From Octopus vulgaris (taxonomy: Eukaryota), in NCBI GenBank assembly GCA_951406725.2, contig OX597814.1:8990001-9054000 (forward strand): a stretch of 64,000 nucleotides of DNA, read 5' to 3'. The stretch's first letter is position 1, and each line of letters starts with the position of its first letter. The notes beneath the pieces were generated by a model. That model was not told the DNA's origin. It was given only the letters and a program-made list of their open reading frames with translations, and did not search any database. This document shows, piece after piece, positions 62,004-64,000 of this stretch. The position numbers and the translations under genes are program-made.

Positions 62004-62908
62004 ACATCTTTATACTCTGGCCCCACCAGGAATATGTCCAAGTGCTGTTAGATCATGTGAACTCAATAACGCCATCCATACAGTTCACAAGGGAAAACGA
62101 AAAAGACAATCAGCTAGCATTCCTGGACGCATTAATAACACACACCAAGTATGGATTCAGGACATCCGTATACCGCAAGCCGACCTTCACTGGACGATAC
62201 CTCAACTTCAATTCCCACCATCCATACAGTGTAAAGAGAAGGATTACTCAGTGCCTAAAACATTGTGCAAAGAATATAAGTAGCGATCATGATACACACC
62301 ACGAAGAAATGATCAAGCTCAATAACAATCTATTAAGCAACAACAACCCCAAAACATACTATCCACTCCAATTCTGAAGAAAAGAGAGGATGAAATCAAT
62401 AAACTGTCTGCAGTCTGTCTACCCTATGTGAAAAGCCTCTCCGAAAAGATACAAAAGATATGCAGCCCATATGATATCATAACAGTATTCAAGAGTAATA
62501 CAACACTTCTCAAAACCACCAATAGAAGAGAATATGACTAAGAATTGTGTGTACTCCATCCCATGCAACTGTAGTAGGTTATACAAAGGCGAAACATGCC
62601 GCCCCCTCAAAATAAGGGTTGAGGAACATCGCAAAGCTGTGACATGAGGAGATATTGATAAATCGGGTATAGCTGATCATGTATGGAAACATGGAAACCA
62701 CCGCCCCCTGTGGGATGAAGCTAAAATAATAGACAGAGAATGCGACTGGAAAATATGAAAACTAAAAGAAGCAGCACATATGCTAGGACACAACAACCTC
62801 CTAAGCAGACCAAGTGCAGATATGAGCAGCATATGGGAACCGGCATTAAAGAAGGATAGGGAAATATTAGATTTATAAGCCCTAAAATTCACTCCATAAT
62901 TGCCCCAG

Positions 62909-62981
62909 GGCATATGGTGTAGTGGTTAAGAGCGTGGGCTATTAACCCCAAGATTCCGAGTTCGATTCCAAGCAGTGACCT
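62909..62981 (+). other. tRNA-like cassette (Pol III A/B boxes) inside the PLE 3'UTR; decayed mirror copy at 61180-61252
   Basis: tggtgtagtggttaagagcg (A box/D arm), ggg-ctattaa-ccc anticodon-like arm, gagttcgattcc (B box); acceptor stem does not pair. Confidence 0.7.
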
Positions 62982-63119
62982 GAACACCACCACCACCACT
63001 ACTATTATTATTACTACTACTAATAATAATAATGATAATAATAATATCAACAATAATAATAATAATAATATAGAAAAAATACCTTAGGAATGAGAACCCA
63101 GTTTTAAAATTTCCGCAAG

Positions 63120-63162
63120 ACACCTGAAGAAGGCTGGAGGGTATATCAGCCGAAACGTGTTA
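63120..63162 (+). ncRNA. Minimal PLE-type hammerhead motif with a 3-nt deletion near the cut site
   Basis: acac-CTGAAGA-a-ggctg-gagggtatat-cagcc-GAAACG-tgtt. Confidence 0.6.
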
Positions 63163-63649
63163 ACAAGAAACAAGATGAGGACAAATATCCGTTGAATGTA
63201 AATAATTTAAATAATGTACAGAATTCCTCATCTCTTAAATATAGGGCAGGTTGTCTCCCCCTATCCTCACCCCAATGGATTGGGTTGTTTGCTCCAGCAA
63301 ATTACCAAATATTCTCTTGGTGATAATTCTTTGAAAACTTCCTGTGGAAATAGGGTTTTTAGCTGTTTGTTGTTTGAACGATATGCATGTGTGTAGGTAG
63401 GGAGATTGTGGGTGTAACAAAATGTTCTTCTGTTATGTTGGTATGTAATTCATGAGACCTGCATTTTTGAGTTAATTGCTATCTACTTTGTAATGGTGCT
63501 GTCTTTACTTTGTAATTGCTGCTGCTGCAACTCCTGCTGTTGTTGTTGTGTGTGGTGTTGTTGATTGAGGATGTCCTCTCAACTTGCCCCAAACCAATAT
63601 GAGTTGTGGTGACATGATGAGGTTACAAAAGTGCTGCATTGGAAAGTGT

Positions 63650-64000
63650 GAGGAAAGTTTGGGTTAGAGAGAAGCAAAACATGGTACAAACAGAAACCAC
63701 AGAGAATCACAGAGTCAGAGACCTGTAAAATCTTGTGGGATTTTTCAATGCAGAATGGGCCAAGTGCTTGAGTACAACAAGCCAGGCCTGGTCGTTGTGG
63801 ACAAGGTGAACCACATGTGCTCTATAACTGATGTTGCATACGCATTTGACCCACAATTAGTTAGGTGAACAAGTAGACAATCCTCTTAAATGTGCTTGAC
63901 CGTGAAAGATGGAGATAATTCTAATTATTATTGGGGCCCTGGGGACAGTATCAGAAGATATTAAGAGGAAATGAGGACAGAGCGCCGAGTAGAGCTGTTA
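63650..64000 (+). mobile_element. Decayed RLE-domain fragment (R4-like)
   Basis: KILWDF..NKPGLVVVDK....ITDVA.AFD..IIIGALGTV. Confidence 0.6.

Larger units (their letters stand above)
62005..63215 (+). mobile_element. PLE 3' fragment (right arm of inverted pair)
   Basis: ORF 62042..62377 IQFTRE.E...LAFLD..VYRKPT.TGRYLNFNSHHP, followed by a GIY-YIG remnant and 3'UTR. Confidence 0.9.

Noticed and set aside
62909-62981. Functional tRNA gene
   Set aside because: The acceptor stem does not pair and the mirror copy is decayed; kept only as a tRNA-like cassette.

Overview
Eukaryotic, AT-rich, repeat-saturated animal DNA. The repeat families (RTE LINEs with (GAT)n tails, two tRNA-derived SINE types, abundant microsatellites) resemble those of Octopus/coleoid cephalopods; this is an inference. 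The only host coding sequence I can support is two minus-strand exons (45084-46619 and 33437-33682) of a PARP14-like macrodomain gene, which splice in frame across an 11.4-kb intron. The rest is mobile DNA: many RTE LINE copies, a near-intact two-ORF CR1-group LINE, R4/Dong-type RLE LINE fragments next to (TAA)n tracts, Tx1/L1-like fragments, two non-autonomous Helitron-like elements, a pogo transposase remnant, SINEs and satellites. The most interesting signal is a set of Penelope-like elements (PLEs), mostly in inverted (back-to-back) arrangements, carrying at least eight hammerhead-ribozyme-like motifs of different architectures. One canonical hammerhead sits at the apex of a 225-bp-arm palindrome. 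One PLE family has a tRNA-like Pol III cassette just upstream of its hammerhead. All calls come from reading the sequence by eye, no searches were run, and element boundaries are approximate.
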